DNA of 64,000 nt, from positions 145,762,001-145,826,000 of the forward strand of contig NC_042998.1 of NCBI RefSeq assembly GCF_006345805.1, read 5' to 3'. This document shows positions 13,430 through 25,699 of this stretch, one piece after another (position 1 is the first letter of the stretch; each line of letters opens with the position of its first letter). The DNA comes from Octopus sinensis (lineage: Eukaryota). The position numbers and the translations under genes are program-made. The notes beneath the pieces were generated by a model. That model made no database searches. It was not told the DNA's origin and worked only from the letters and a program-made list of their open reading frames with translations.

Positions 13430-13600
13430 TCAACTGGAAAGAAGTATCTATCCTTCTCGCTTGCCAACGGGTCTTTGTCGAAATAGTTAAATGGCATCAA
13501 GAGAAAAGAGACTTTTGTTCCCAAAGTGTTCGTGCTTGGAATATTTTCCAGTTGAGGAATGTGGTGAAACCCAAGAGTTATCCAGGCCACTAAATCCTGC
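13430..13600 (+). mobile_element. Possible CR1-like 3' remnant
   Basis: RDFCSQSVRAWNIF..NVV resembles RxxFFSxRVVxxWNxLPxxVV. Confidence 0.35.
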
Positions 13601-14795
13601 AATAAGAATAGAAAAAAAAAGACAATATTAGAATTATATTCTCGTTATACGATAAACGTGCATTACTAAGCATATTATTGTTTTCTTACAGAATGTAGGT
13701 TTATAGATCATATATATTTTTTTTATCAGAAAGAGACGCAAAAGTGTGCTGTTTCTTACGCATCGGTAATTCATCAATATATTTTAAGGCCACAAATAAA
13801 GAAAGTCGATGAAATTTGTAGGCTTGTTGGTTATGGTCTAGATCAGCGTGAATAGATTAGGAAATATAAAACAAAGTTGGTCTCTAAATGGTATGCAGTA
13901 TGGCCAAGTGGTTAAAATATTAGCTTCGCGATCATCAAGTCTCAGGTCCGATACCGATATATCGCTTCTTGGGAATATATCGTTTTCTTTTCTATAGCCT
14001 CGGGTAGACCCATACTTTGTTCGGTTTGATTGAAACCTTTAATTCAAAGATCCAGCCTTGTAACGCTGACGGTGTTTGAGAGTTATACGTTTATATTTTG
14101 TACAACTGACGTAAGTAAATTAAAACAACTTTTTTAACTCAGTTTTCTGTTTCTTCAGCAACACTTAATAAATATGAAAGGATTCTGAAATCAACATAAT
14201 TTGGCTGATGCTTGATTAAACTGATAATTTAGAGAAATATTTTTACTGTTATGTCTATAAAAAGCAGCGTTGCAAATATGTGGACAACCTTTATATTTCT
14301 AGAAATGTAAACAGAGACGTTGCAGTGAATTAAAATTTTTGTTTTGTTTTTTTTTCTGGTTGACCCATGTAGCTGAAATCTTTCGAAATAAAATGAATTT
14401 TAAAATAAACATTTTGATTTAAAAAATACTAAAATTGGAATTTTTAAGAATTTTCTAGATAGTGTAACTTTATAGTTGCTTCCTTTTATTAAATGCATAT
14501 TTATTAATAAAAAGCTTTATTCATTATAGTATAGACGGTAGACTTATTTGTAAAATATTCAGCCACTTACACACTAATTCAATGAGCTGGTAGCTTACTT
14601 GATTGATTCAACACTCATTGATGGAAATTCTGACGAAGGTTCATATATATATATACTTTTTTATCGACCATGAAAAAATGAAAGCAAAATTGACCTAAAA
14701 CAGGATTTGAATTCAGAAAGTAAAGAATCAGAAAATATGCCGCTAAGCATTTTTCCAGACGAGCTCACAATCTGCTAACTGGACGCCTTATTTCC

Positions 14796-14868
<73 letters not shown>

Positions 14869-15371
14869 ATATAAATATATATATATATTATTAATTATTG
14901 GACTTTGGGTATATGTCCATTAGTATGTCGATTGAAGTACTTTCACCTTTGGGCTGCCTGATGTCATCATCTACAGCTACGGTATAATATTCACTGGATT
15001 CGTACCAAATCCATTTTACGTTTCCTTCATTAATTATATAAATACGACTGCGAAACGATAAGTTAGATGACCGTGATTTCGAAACTAGAAGTACACCTCA
15101 TTCGATGGAGCTTTCTCCCTCTCTCCATCTTTGTAACCAACTCATTTTCCTCTAAAGTCTCTTTTTCCTTCTGTTGGTGCCCTTCAATTCCTCTTCCCAC
15201 TTATTTCATCTCTGCTTTCTCGTTTCTCTCTGGGTTTTCCGTTTCTCTCTTTATCGTCATCTTTCTATTTCCCTCAATTTAATCACTTTCACTTTCACTC
15301 TCAATCTATCTATATATCTATCCCTATCTTTATAACTCTCTCTTTTCACTGTATCTTTTCTCTCTTTCTCT

Positions 15372-15403
<32 letters not shown>

Positions 15404-15751
15404 TACTCTCTCTCTCTCTTTCTCTCTCTCTCTTACTTTCTCTCTCTCTCAATTTGAAGCGAGCCGATCCATGCCTAATATGTATTTTTCTGCGATCCTA
15501 GAAGTATAAAAAGCAACGTTCAACAACGCACTCACAGATTCGAACGCAGAATCTAGTGGGGCGAAACTTACACAGTTTCTGCTACACCGAAGCCATTTTT
15601 GGCTCTGAAACATAATAAGAGAATTACAGCAGGTGAAAGGATCAATCAGCCATTATTTTTCATTGTTCGTTCTGTTGTTGTTTTTGTCGTCGTTGTTGTT
15701 GTTGTTGCTGTTGTCGTTGCGGTTTACTGCTGCTGCTACTGTTCTTGTTAC

Positions 15752-15784
<33 letters not shown>

Positions 15785-16236
15785 AATTGTTGTTCTACTT
15801 CTTGTTCTTGTTTTTCAGTAGTTGAGACTAATAATAACTTTCTTTTTATGTTTATCCTTTGCTTTTTTTTTTGTTGGTGTATGGCGGGGGTTCTTTTTCC
15901 GTAGTCTATCAAAGTCGTAGAACTACTGGCTCGTAATTGGAATAAATGTACTTTTAGACCGGCGTTGATCGAATACAGAATTCTATCAGTATTGGGAGTG
16001 CTGTATGCGTATGTGCGTGCGTGTGTGTATATATACATGCACATACATATGTATATATACATTATTTATATATATATATATACACACAGTCACAGACACT
16101 CACATACACATACACACGCAAACGTACACACGCATATATATATATATATGTATGTGTGTGTGTATACATACATACATACACATACATACATACATACATA
16201 CATACATACATACATACATACATACATACATACATG

Positions 16237-16932
16237 CACTGTGTTTCAAAGTATTAACGACTAACATTTTATTTTCTTTAAAAACTACTCGTTGGAATTC
16301 AATGAAATTTCCACAGAATGATAGCAACATTATATGCACGTGGTGTTTATAAAACGTGAAGTTTTGCGCAAGTGTAAACACACCAAGACCATTTGCATGA
16401 TTACCACGAACTTTCAGAGTTCCTATATTTTTAACGAGTGGTCTGATAGTTGTGTAATCATGAGTTGTAAATGTGACTTAACTGCTTCAGAGAAGTCTGT
16501 TATTCTGAATTTTTGAAAGGTAAATCAACATTAGAAATATCTAGAATAATTAGAAGATATCACCAGAATGTGAAAAACATTGTTACATTTCCTACGAAGA
16601 TACATAAGAAAGCCGACAATAGTCAGTCGAGGGTTGGTTTTCAATGTTCTTTGTCACAAATTAAGCTTGAAGCTTTAAAGAAACCAGGTCTTACAAGTGG
16701 AGAATTTTTAATGTGTATTGGCGAAACAACTGTGTCCAGAACTACCCGATGTCGTGTTCCGAATAAGGTCGGTAAACCAGTGACATCAGTTAAAAGGCCT
16801 CCTTTAAACAAAATACACATACAAAATTGTCTGAAATGGGTAGAAGATAACATAAATTTGTTGAATTCCAACTAGTAGTTTTCAAATAAATTTGTTTAAA
16901 ATGTTACGTCGTTAATAATTTGAAACGTAGTG
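16237..16932 (+). mobile_element. Internally deleted Tc1-like transposon (N-terminal half, TRT/DD37E-like)
   Basis: ~70-bp imperfect TIRs (CACTGTGTTTCAAAGTATTAACGAC / CACTACGTTTCAAATTATTAACGAC). Frameshifted MSCKCDLTASEKSVIL..KGKSTLEISRII..VSRTTRCRV..KRPPLNKIH..LKW. The catalytic DDE domain is absent. Confidence 0.75.
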
Positions 16933-17022
16933 TATGTATATATATATGTGTGTGTGTGTGTTTGTGTGTATACATACATACATACATACATACATACATA
17001 CATACATACATACATACATACA

Positions 17023-17049
<27 letters not shown>

Positions 17050-17056
<7 letters not shown>

Positions 17057-18190
17057 GATATAAAGTCAAACCAAACAGTGAGATTTTAAAATCATTTAAT
17101 ACGTACATTTCAGGTTTGCGCAACATATAAATATGTAATAGGATATACAACCATTACGTAAATTTTTAACCAGTTACAGCATTTCAAAATAAATGTGTGT
17201 GTGTGATTATTCTAATGTGTGGGTTTATTCAATACCATTTCTAGCAACACACAATCCGCATCACCAAGCATTTTTAACATCATCAAAACAAATTTGGCAA
17301 TTATAAAACGAAGTGAAATATTAAAAAGCATTATAACTAATTAAGCATCTTAAGCAAAAAGCAACCACATAACCTAAAGAACCTATTAACAAAGGTATAA
17401 TTCAACATTAACAAACAGGATAAAACAGTCACAGTATCCAAGTGTAACGATAACAGATGTGGAATGTGTCAATACATGCCTGTTGGTAGATCCATTAGAA
17501 CAAAAAATGGACAGATTTTTGCAAAAGCGGATATGAACTGCAAAAACAGAAATTTGATCTACTCCCTTATATGTCCGAATTGCGAAGGACTATATATAGG
17601 CGAGACAGGAAATGTTTTATCGGAACGCTCACGAATCCACAGACAACAAATCCGGAACACTATTGAGCGAACATATAGAAACGTGTGGTCAGAAAATTCT
17701 TCTAATTTTTTCCTTACCACAAACTACATGACACAAATGAGGTTGGAAGAAAGATAAAAGAAAAACGGTTTAATAAAATAGTCAAACCTGTTCTGAACAT
17801 AAATAGCAACAACAATATAACAACCAGTTAATGATGTGGATTAAAAAATAACATTAACATATGTATATAAACAGATTACACAATATCGGTACGCCCGGCA
17901 AACCATGACGTTTAAGCTGCATGCGGATTGGTTAAAATCGTATTCCAAAAATTCAGTTTGTTGGAGCGTTCTAAGAGATACTACAGTTATCAAGAATTCA
18001 ACTGTCAGTTAAATTCATTTTGAAATCTGATGATTACTACGAACGGATGAAAGCGCTAATTGAAATTTATAAACGTTACAAATTTTCTTTTATGTTAAAA
18101 TACCATAATAAAAAACGTGAAAACCAACCCATGTTTTAACTTCATTCAACTGATATATATACACATACACAGATGGTTGTGTAGGATTAT
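17050..18190 (+). mobile_element. Degraded Penelope-like element 3' part (GIY-YIG + pLTR)
   Basis: KCNDNRCGMCQY..MNCKNRNLIYSLICPNCEGLYIGETGNVLSERSRIHRQQI (~17440-17760), followed by an HHR-like motif at 18024-18064. Segment 17075-17190 recurs at ~50355-50460. Confidence 0.85.
18024..18064 (+). ncRNA. Hammerhead-like motif with AGCGCT palindromic stem III
   Basis: AAT-CTGATGA-(weak stem II)-GAAAGCGCT-A-ATT, downstream of a PLE GIY-YIG. Confidence 0.55.
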
Positions 18191-18260
18191 GAGATATCGA
18201 GAGCTAAAGACAGTTAAATGAGATTAGTAGAAATATAAAAACAGGCAAGCAATGAATTTG

Positions 18261-18326
<66 letters not shown>

Positions 18327-18587
18327 TGTACGTGTAGGTAGGAAGTGAAGTAACTGAAACGATAAACACAGAAGGTAAAAGTAGGAAACCGAGAATAAAG
18401 TACAAAGGCGTCAATCAGAAAAGAGGAGGAAGAGGAAAATGAAGAGATAGTGGAAGAGCGAGAGAAAGAAAACGTTGAGAAAAAAGTAATTCAAAAATTG
18501 AAGTCAGATACATGGTGTAATAGAGGAAAGAAATTGAGATGCAATGAAAGAAAGAAAGACGAAGAAATAATAGAAGAGACAGCAGAT

Positions 18588-19530
18588 GCTTCTTGGTGTT
18601 CTTTTTGAACTTCTTCCTTTGTTTTTCCCTTTTTCTCTGCTTTCAATACTCCCGCATTCCTAACTGACACTAGCAAGGTTTCCTTACTGTGAGATAGGTA
18701 TCTCATTAAGTTCCCAAGTTCGATACGTGTGCAGTCTTCCACAGTCTTCCTCTATTTGCTCTCTTCATGTATAGGTGATCAGTGTCTGCACGTGGATGAT
18801 GAGCTCCATGCATCTTTAGGAGCTTTCTTGTTTTCCTGTTCAACTCCTTTAGCTCCTCCTCTATCCACTTCAGGATTCCAGCACCATACCGAACAACTGC
18901 GACTGCGCGCGAGTTTCTGGCCATAATTATGTCTCTGGTATTCAGCTTTGAAGCCGATATTTTTCTCACTCACCGCAGGTACTCTTTCATATCGTTGAGT
19001 TTAATTCCATTTGCCTCAAGTATTCCCAGATATTTATAACCGGACTCAGGTTCAATTGCCTTCATCATTTCACCACTTGTCATACATATGCCTTCTGTCC
19101 TGACAAGTTTTCCTCGTCTTATCATCATCGTAGCACATTTTGAGAGTCCAAACTCCATCACGATATCATTCGAGAAAATCCGCAGACTTTCCAGTTCTGC
19201 CTCACGTTTTGTGAGCAACTTCAAGTCGTCCATGAATAGAAAGTGGTTCAGTTTTCCCTTTCAACTTTGTCTTCTGTAGTATTTCACTCATTGGGGTCAT
19301 TCCCAGCACAAAGATTAGTGGAGATACACTATCTCTCTGGAAGATTTCTTTCTTGATTTTTACCTCTCCTAATTCCTGATTCCCTGCTGTCATTTCAGTT
19401 CTCAAACATTTCATACTGTTCCATATAAGGCTTGTCACGCTTTCTGCTTCTCAATACACTTCCATGATTCTTGTTATCCAAGAGCGTGGTATCATATTGT
19501 ATGCTTTTAGATAGTCGATTCATGCCATAT
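18588..19530 (-). mobile_element. R4/Dong-clade non-LTR retrotransposon RT fragment (degraded)
   Basis: Frameshifted ORFs give IFQRDSVSPLIF, LNHFLFMDDLKL, MEFGLSKCA, YKYLG and AVAVVRYGAGILKW..ELKELNRKTRKLLKMHGAHHPRADTDHLY, typical of R4/Dong RT and thumb. Confidence 0.88.
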
Positions 19531-21027
19531 CATTATCATTATCCTTATTATTAAAACTAAGGTGGCGAACAGGCAGAATTGATAGCGCATCAGATATTGA
19601 TATTGTATATGTGTAGGAGGGATGTATGTCTAGGTATATATTTTTTAAGACTTACAGTAAACTAAGTACAATATATTTTAATGTTTAATGTTTAAAATAG
19701 AAGCTATTTTCTGATCTTTACTGGAAAAACATTTAAAACTAAATAATTTTTTAAGGTTTACAAATTAATTTTATTGTAGAATTGTTTTTTTTTTCTTTTC
19801 GTTCGTTGTTTGCTATCAATCCTATAAAAGGAAGGTGATGAAAATACAAAGAAATATTTTTTTAAATGACAAAGAAAATAAAGCATTCGTATCAGAATAA
19901 ATATTAACTTTAAAATTAAGCATTAAGAGTAAAATAAAATATGCATAAGACATAAATATAAATAAAACATTAAATTTTGATTAATATCGTTGAAATTGAT
20001 TGAAAACATGATAATTCGTTTAGAAATTTCAAATTTCCACTTGAATCATGTGATTTACAACATGGTTTGTCACATGGTTTGCAGTAGTAAGAGACAATCC
20101 TGTGATATGGTACAAGTAAAATTTAGAAATTTCAATGTGATTTTCTTCTTTTTCTATCAAAAATTAACTTGTTAACAGAAAAATAATAAAATCCACTTTA
20201 TGCTGTATTCTGTAAAAACAAAAAAAAAGGATGATGCGATAAAAATCCTCAAGTAAAAATAATCTCACTTTTACTTTATTAACGAAATCATATTTTTTTT
20301 AATTTTACTTTAAAAATATTCAATGTACGTATATGTTATTACAATATTATTGTATTTAGTGAAAACTTAATGCTAAGATAGTATCCGTTTTGAAACGAAT
20401 ATTTTTCAAAAGTTTTTATTTAACGGAAATTTTACGGCAAATATTTTGTTTCTTGTTTTTTAATATACATCATTCTTTGTTAATAATAGGTTGGCGCTTA
20501 CCTTCTTTTGACTGTGTAACTATTATGGCAAATTATATTCTATGAATATTATAGTTGTGTTGGGAAATATTTTTATTTTGTTTCGAAAATGTTCAAGAGA
20601 ACTCGTATAAGCAATAACCACAAATATCATACTGGTAAAACACAAAGTAGAATCCGTGTGTGAGCATGTATGCGCATGCATGAATAAGTGTGTATGTGGG
20701 CGTGGGTGTAAACGAATGGCAAGAAAACGGAAGTTCCGTAAACACTTTCATTAGCTTACAACTGTTATGGGCTATATGTAACTGTGCACCGACAATCATG
20801 AAATGTGTGCACATGCATATATATGTCTGTATGTATGTATGTATGTATGTATGTATGTATGTATGTATGTATACACACTCACACATGCATACAAACATTC
20901 ATGCGCGTGCGCCCACACATACAAACATACATACACACATATATATTACATATATACATATATTTTACATATATTATATGTATGTATATATTATATATAT
21001 GAATATAGTGTGTGTGAGTGTGTGTTG

Positions 21028-21135
<108 letters not shown>

Positions 21136-21249
21136 TGTGTGTGCATACATATATACGTATATAATTAATAATCTGATGATCATTTCAGTAAGAATAAAAC
21201 ATGTGTCATATTTCGAATCAAATCCAAAGTGATACTGACATTAACCCCA

Positions 21250-22010
21250 AAATGAATAATGTCCATACATTACGATTCGCTAAACTGATTTCACGTTTTT
21301 AGCAAAATGTGTTCTTTATCCAACATTCTTGTGTTCATAATTCGTTGATTTGTATTTTAGTGTTTTAGCAGCAGATGTAAGTTATTGTTTCAGTAGGTTT
21401 TTTTCTGTTTTAAGAATGTATTATTTGTTATATTTCATAAATACAAGAATCAGAAATATTTCTCTGTAGAAGCATCAAATAGTTTTTTGGGGTAATGTTC
21501 GCTTATAATTGTTTCAGCGTGTTTGAAAAGCATTTTCAACTTAGTTTTGCAAACTGTCCTTTCATTTTACAATGTAAACATCATGTACCAACGACAGGAG
21601 CAGGAATTTACGGCTATTTAACATTTTTATTCCACATCAAAAAAATTAGTTTTAACCCAAATTAACATTGATTTCACAACAGCCACTACACAAGGGTTAT
21701 TACCATTCTTAATAAAGCTGTCCTTAACACTAATGGTGGAATCTTCCATCTGGCATCCAGCAACGTGAAGGCTTTCTCAGATATATGAAACAAGTTATTG
21801 CACATTGCCTTCCAATCGTTGTTCCTGTTAAATCCGATAACAATCATCTCTAAGAGTGCAAATGGTATAAAACATTTTACAATATTTTCATATGTGTCTC
21901 TCAGAAAACTAAGAAATTCATTAACAATGTTCAAGTTTTTGTTTCAACGAATATAATCACATTCGTCTACTGAATATATTTTGACTGCTAACAATTCTAG
22001 ATCCAATAAT
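21250..22010 (-). mobile_element. Possible heavily decayed PLE reverse-transcriptase fragment
   Basis: YSVDECDYI..EFLSFL..IPFALLEM loosely aligns to PLE RYxDDCFI..F..LN..LPFLD, and HYPKKLF resembles the thumb YP motif. Weak. Confidence 0.4.
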
Positions 22011-22012
22011 AT

Positions 22013-22071
<59 letters not shown>

Positions 22072-22599
22072 TATTTATTTATTTATTTATTGTCCTTCAA
22101 TAGTATGTAACGTCATTTTCAGTCTCCACTTTCATAATTTCTTTCAGGCCATTCTATTAACATTATAGGAACCAGCTGCCGGTATCTTCCAGACTTTATA
22201 GAAATAAATCCATTTTATTGCTGTCGTCTGGCTTCAGAAGTCTAAACTATCTCTCAAACTGGATAATAAATTTATCAGAGGACTCTGTTTAAACGAATTA
22301 TCTTTCAACATAGGTGAGTTTGATTCTTATTGATGACATAGACGATTCTTCTAACTTATGACGTGTGAAAATTGTTGTAATCCGTAATTTCAACATCAAA
22401 CCATAGACGTATTTCACACTTCAGAAATTGTCGATTAACCAAGCTGTTTCAGCTACTTTTATAATAAATTGGGAATTGTTCAACTGCAGAAGCATGGGAT
22501 TCCTATTATCTCACATAATTCCATTGTTTGAAATCAACACAAGATAATTATAGAATATTCAATGCTTTAATGCTAAATTTTGGGAATGTTTTAAATATT

Positions 22600-22990
22600 T
22601 TCACTGTGGTTAAAAAGCTCGCGTTAGAACCACATCGTTTGGTGTTCAGTCCCACTGCACGACATCTTGGACAAGTATCTTCTACTATTGCCCCGGGTCG
22701 ACCAATGTCTTGTGAGCGAATTTGGTAGGCAAAAAACTGTGTAGAAACCTGTCTTATGTGTGAGCATGCGTGTGTGTATGTGCGTGCGTGTTTTGTTGTG
22801 TGTGTGCATGCGTGTGCGTGCATGCGTGTGTGTGCATGCGTATGTATGCATATGTATGTGTGCATGCGTGTGGTAAGTACCAGAGTTTTAAAAAAGCATA
22901 ACTACTGAGATTGAGTTGTTTGACTAAAACCCTTCAGGGCTGTTCTCCAGCATAGCCGCAATCCAGTGTGTGAAATGAGTAAAATAAATA
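22600..22990 (+). mobile_element. tRNA-derived CORE-type SINE with simple-repeat middle and CCAGCATRGCCGCA tail
   Basis: GTGGTTAAAAAGCTCGC..GTTCAGTCCCACTG..CTTGGACAAGTATCTTCTACTAT. Related pieces at 13895-14020(+), 52426-52520(-) and 57210-57330(-); tails at 49830-49890(+), 51480-51680(-) and 59965-60030(+). Confidence 0.75.
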
Positions 22991-23376
22991 AGCTGACTAC
23001 TATTAATGTAGTTATAGATTTCGAAACAGCTGTCCACAAATGACGTTTTTGTCACTGACTGGGAATAACATGTTCGCATACACTGTAGAGCTGACCTCTA
23101 TAACGAATCTGGAATTTTGCTTTGCTTGTATATATTCTGGTTACATTTTTAAACAAATTCTCTCCCGTACAAAAAGAGTCCGTCCCAAACACAAAAGCAA
23201 ATGTTCTTATCAAGATCAAAATCGAGAGAAAATAAAACAACTAAGTAGACATTTATATTTATATATAATATATAGATATATATATATATATATATATAAT
23301 ATATATATATGTGTGTGTGTGTGTGTATGTTTATATATGTATGTATGTATGTATATATATATATATATATATATAA

Positions 23377-23587
23377 GGCGGCGAGCTGGCAGAAACGTTA
23401 GCACGCCGGGCGAAATTCTTAGCCGTATTTCGTCTGTCGTTACGTTCCGAGTTCAAATTCCGCCGAGGTCAACTTTGCCTTTCATCCTTTCGGGGTCGAT
23501 AAATTAAGTACTAGTTACGCACTAGGGTCGATGTAATCGACTTAATCCCTTTGTCTGTCCTTGTTTGTCCACTCTGTGTTTAGCCTC
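23377..23587 (+). mobile_element. tRNA-derived SINE (family with GAGGTCRACTTTGCCTTTCATCCTTTCGGGGTCGAT body)
   Basis: Head GGCGGCGAGCTGGCAGAA, B-box GAGTTCAAATTCC. Diverged copies at ~2505-2690(-), 4585-4660(-), 14660-14790(-), 29515-29725(-), 42341-42543(+), 45720-45925(-) and 62345-62582(-). Confidence 0.85.
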
Positions 23588-24611
23588 TTGTGGGTAGTAA
23601 AGAAATATATATATATATATATATATATCAAAAGGATGTGTTATAATACTATTCCACATATACAAAAGCAGCCATACCAACAATCCGACATACCTCCATC
23701 ATCAGCTGCCTCACGAATATCATTATGGTTTCGACACCTGGGCAGTACCATTCAATTTGGCAGTGTCAACAGCACTAAAATAAGTGTTGTTTGGGAACAA
23801 ACATACCAAAGAAACCACAACTTTCAAACACATTTGCTCTATGTACTACTGTATCGGTAAATAAATTCAATAAGTAAATTACAACCAACTCCCAAATACG
23901 TAACTAAATAGTGACAATCCATTAAGTCATTCAAAAATTAATTCCCTACCGTCTTCCATAGTATAATATAAGGTGAAAGCTTTATAACTACATTCATTCA
24001 ATCAATCAAATTATAGGCAGGATTAAACATTGACTTTAATAAAACTACAACAAAGAAACACATGAACCAGTGTACATCGTATCGGTATTAATAGTAAACT
24101 TGCAATAACTAAATTATATGCTGAATCGCGACCAATCTTTAAGTCCATACAAATAATAATCTCACTAGTATTCCATAGTTACTACTATAGTAAAAAAAAT
24201 GTTAAAGCTTTATATAAATCTCTCCAAAACAAAGCAAACACGATTGAATTTAATTTAACGAATACTATAATAATGAGTGAAATACATTATTTCATCGTTC
24301 AAAAGTTGATAATAAAACACTACATACTCATTAATATATCACCACTACAAGCTAATATTAAATTACCAGTAACTAATAGAAACATTAAATTTTATTAAAT
24401 AGGAACTAATAAAGGTACTTATAATTAACTATTATTATAAAACTTTGCTATGTTTAAGGCTAATTAAAACTGAATTTTAAAAGACTATCTTAACTATTGA
24501 TGACGTAGTGCGTAATTACTACTTCCTCAATTGTCTCAAACAATATTGGTGACGTAGTAAGCAAATAACTCGAATCATAAACATTCCAAATCTTTAAAAA
24601 TATTTGCTGAA

Positions 24612-25660
24612 TTAAAGACGAGATATTACCCCATAATTTTTTTTAATTACAAGTTTCCCACCTAAACAGCAATTAAAAATTTTAACTGACTTACCATATT
24701 TATACTCTTGTTTTACTAAATGTCTCAACAGTTTATTTATTCTTTCCAAAAATTTATTAGCATTATTAATAACAGTACTATATTTAACAATTTGCCCCGC
24801 AAAAACACCATAACCAATAAAAGAATGAATTCTACTACTGAACGATGATATTGAAACCACTTGGAAACCAAAATCTTGTTTTATTATAAATGTCAGTACA
24901 TATTTCATTATTATCGTTAATTACTAAATTGACATCTAAATAATTAATATTCCTTATATTGTTACCATTTCTTGTGGCTACAAGCTCACTAGGGTATATT
25001 TTTCTGAGTAAAAGTCCAAAGAAACCATAATTAGGTATAAGTATATTATCTATGTATCTGTAACATCCATCAAGTTGTTTAAATAAATCCATCTTTTTCT
25101 TCGCACATAGGTCTTTAAGAAAAAGGAACTCACACGAAGAAAGATAAAGGTTCGCCAATAGGGGGCTACAATTGTCACCCATTGGAATTCCCCTAACCTG
25201 CTCAAACACCCTACTCGCAAACATTACAAACGAATTATCAATAATAAAACTAACCATTTCTTCTTTAAAGGTATACATTTATATCCTTCATTAAAAATAT
25301 CTAATATTCTAAAAATACTATCTTCTACACAATTAAGATTTAAGTTTGTATTTAGTGTGGAAAAATCATACACATACATACTCTTAACTTTTTTTAATTT
25401 GATCATTCTATCCAGAAATTCTGTAGTTGATCTAACACTCCAAAAATAATTAATTCCTGAACTGTTATAAATTTTATCCCAATATTTTAAAAAATATGCT
25501 CTAACAACATTTAAAGCATTATTAATCAATATAGATAGCTATTTATTTGTACAAGTACTAGATCCTGCAATGAATCTACTTTTAAAAGGAACCCTATGTA
25601 GTTTAGGAATCAAAATAAGTTTAGGGATATTTTTATCCTTTTATCCTTTTCTTCCACTTC
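24612..25660 (-). mobile_element. Naiad/Chlamys-type Penelope-like RT fragment (5'-truncated, frameshifted)
   Basis: IPKLHRVPFKSRFIAGSSTC, SSGINYFWSV, YDFSTL, FIIDNSFVMF..GIPMGDNCSPLLANLYL, YRYIDN, IYPSEL, YLDV and YGVFAGQIVKY. The ORF stops at 24612 with no GIY-YIG after it. Confidence 0.85.
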
Positions 25661-25699
25661 TAAACCTCTCAATATTTCTACACACACATATATATATAT

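Noticed and set aside
23690-23750. GAAAC...CTGATGA on the minus strand as a type II/III hammerhead
   Set aside because: Stems II and III do not pair.
23650-25660. Selenocysteine recoding in the Naiad-type element
   Set aside because: The in-frame stop seen is TAG, not TGA, and no SECIS could be recognised by eye.
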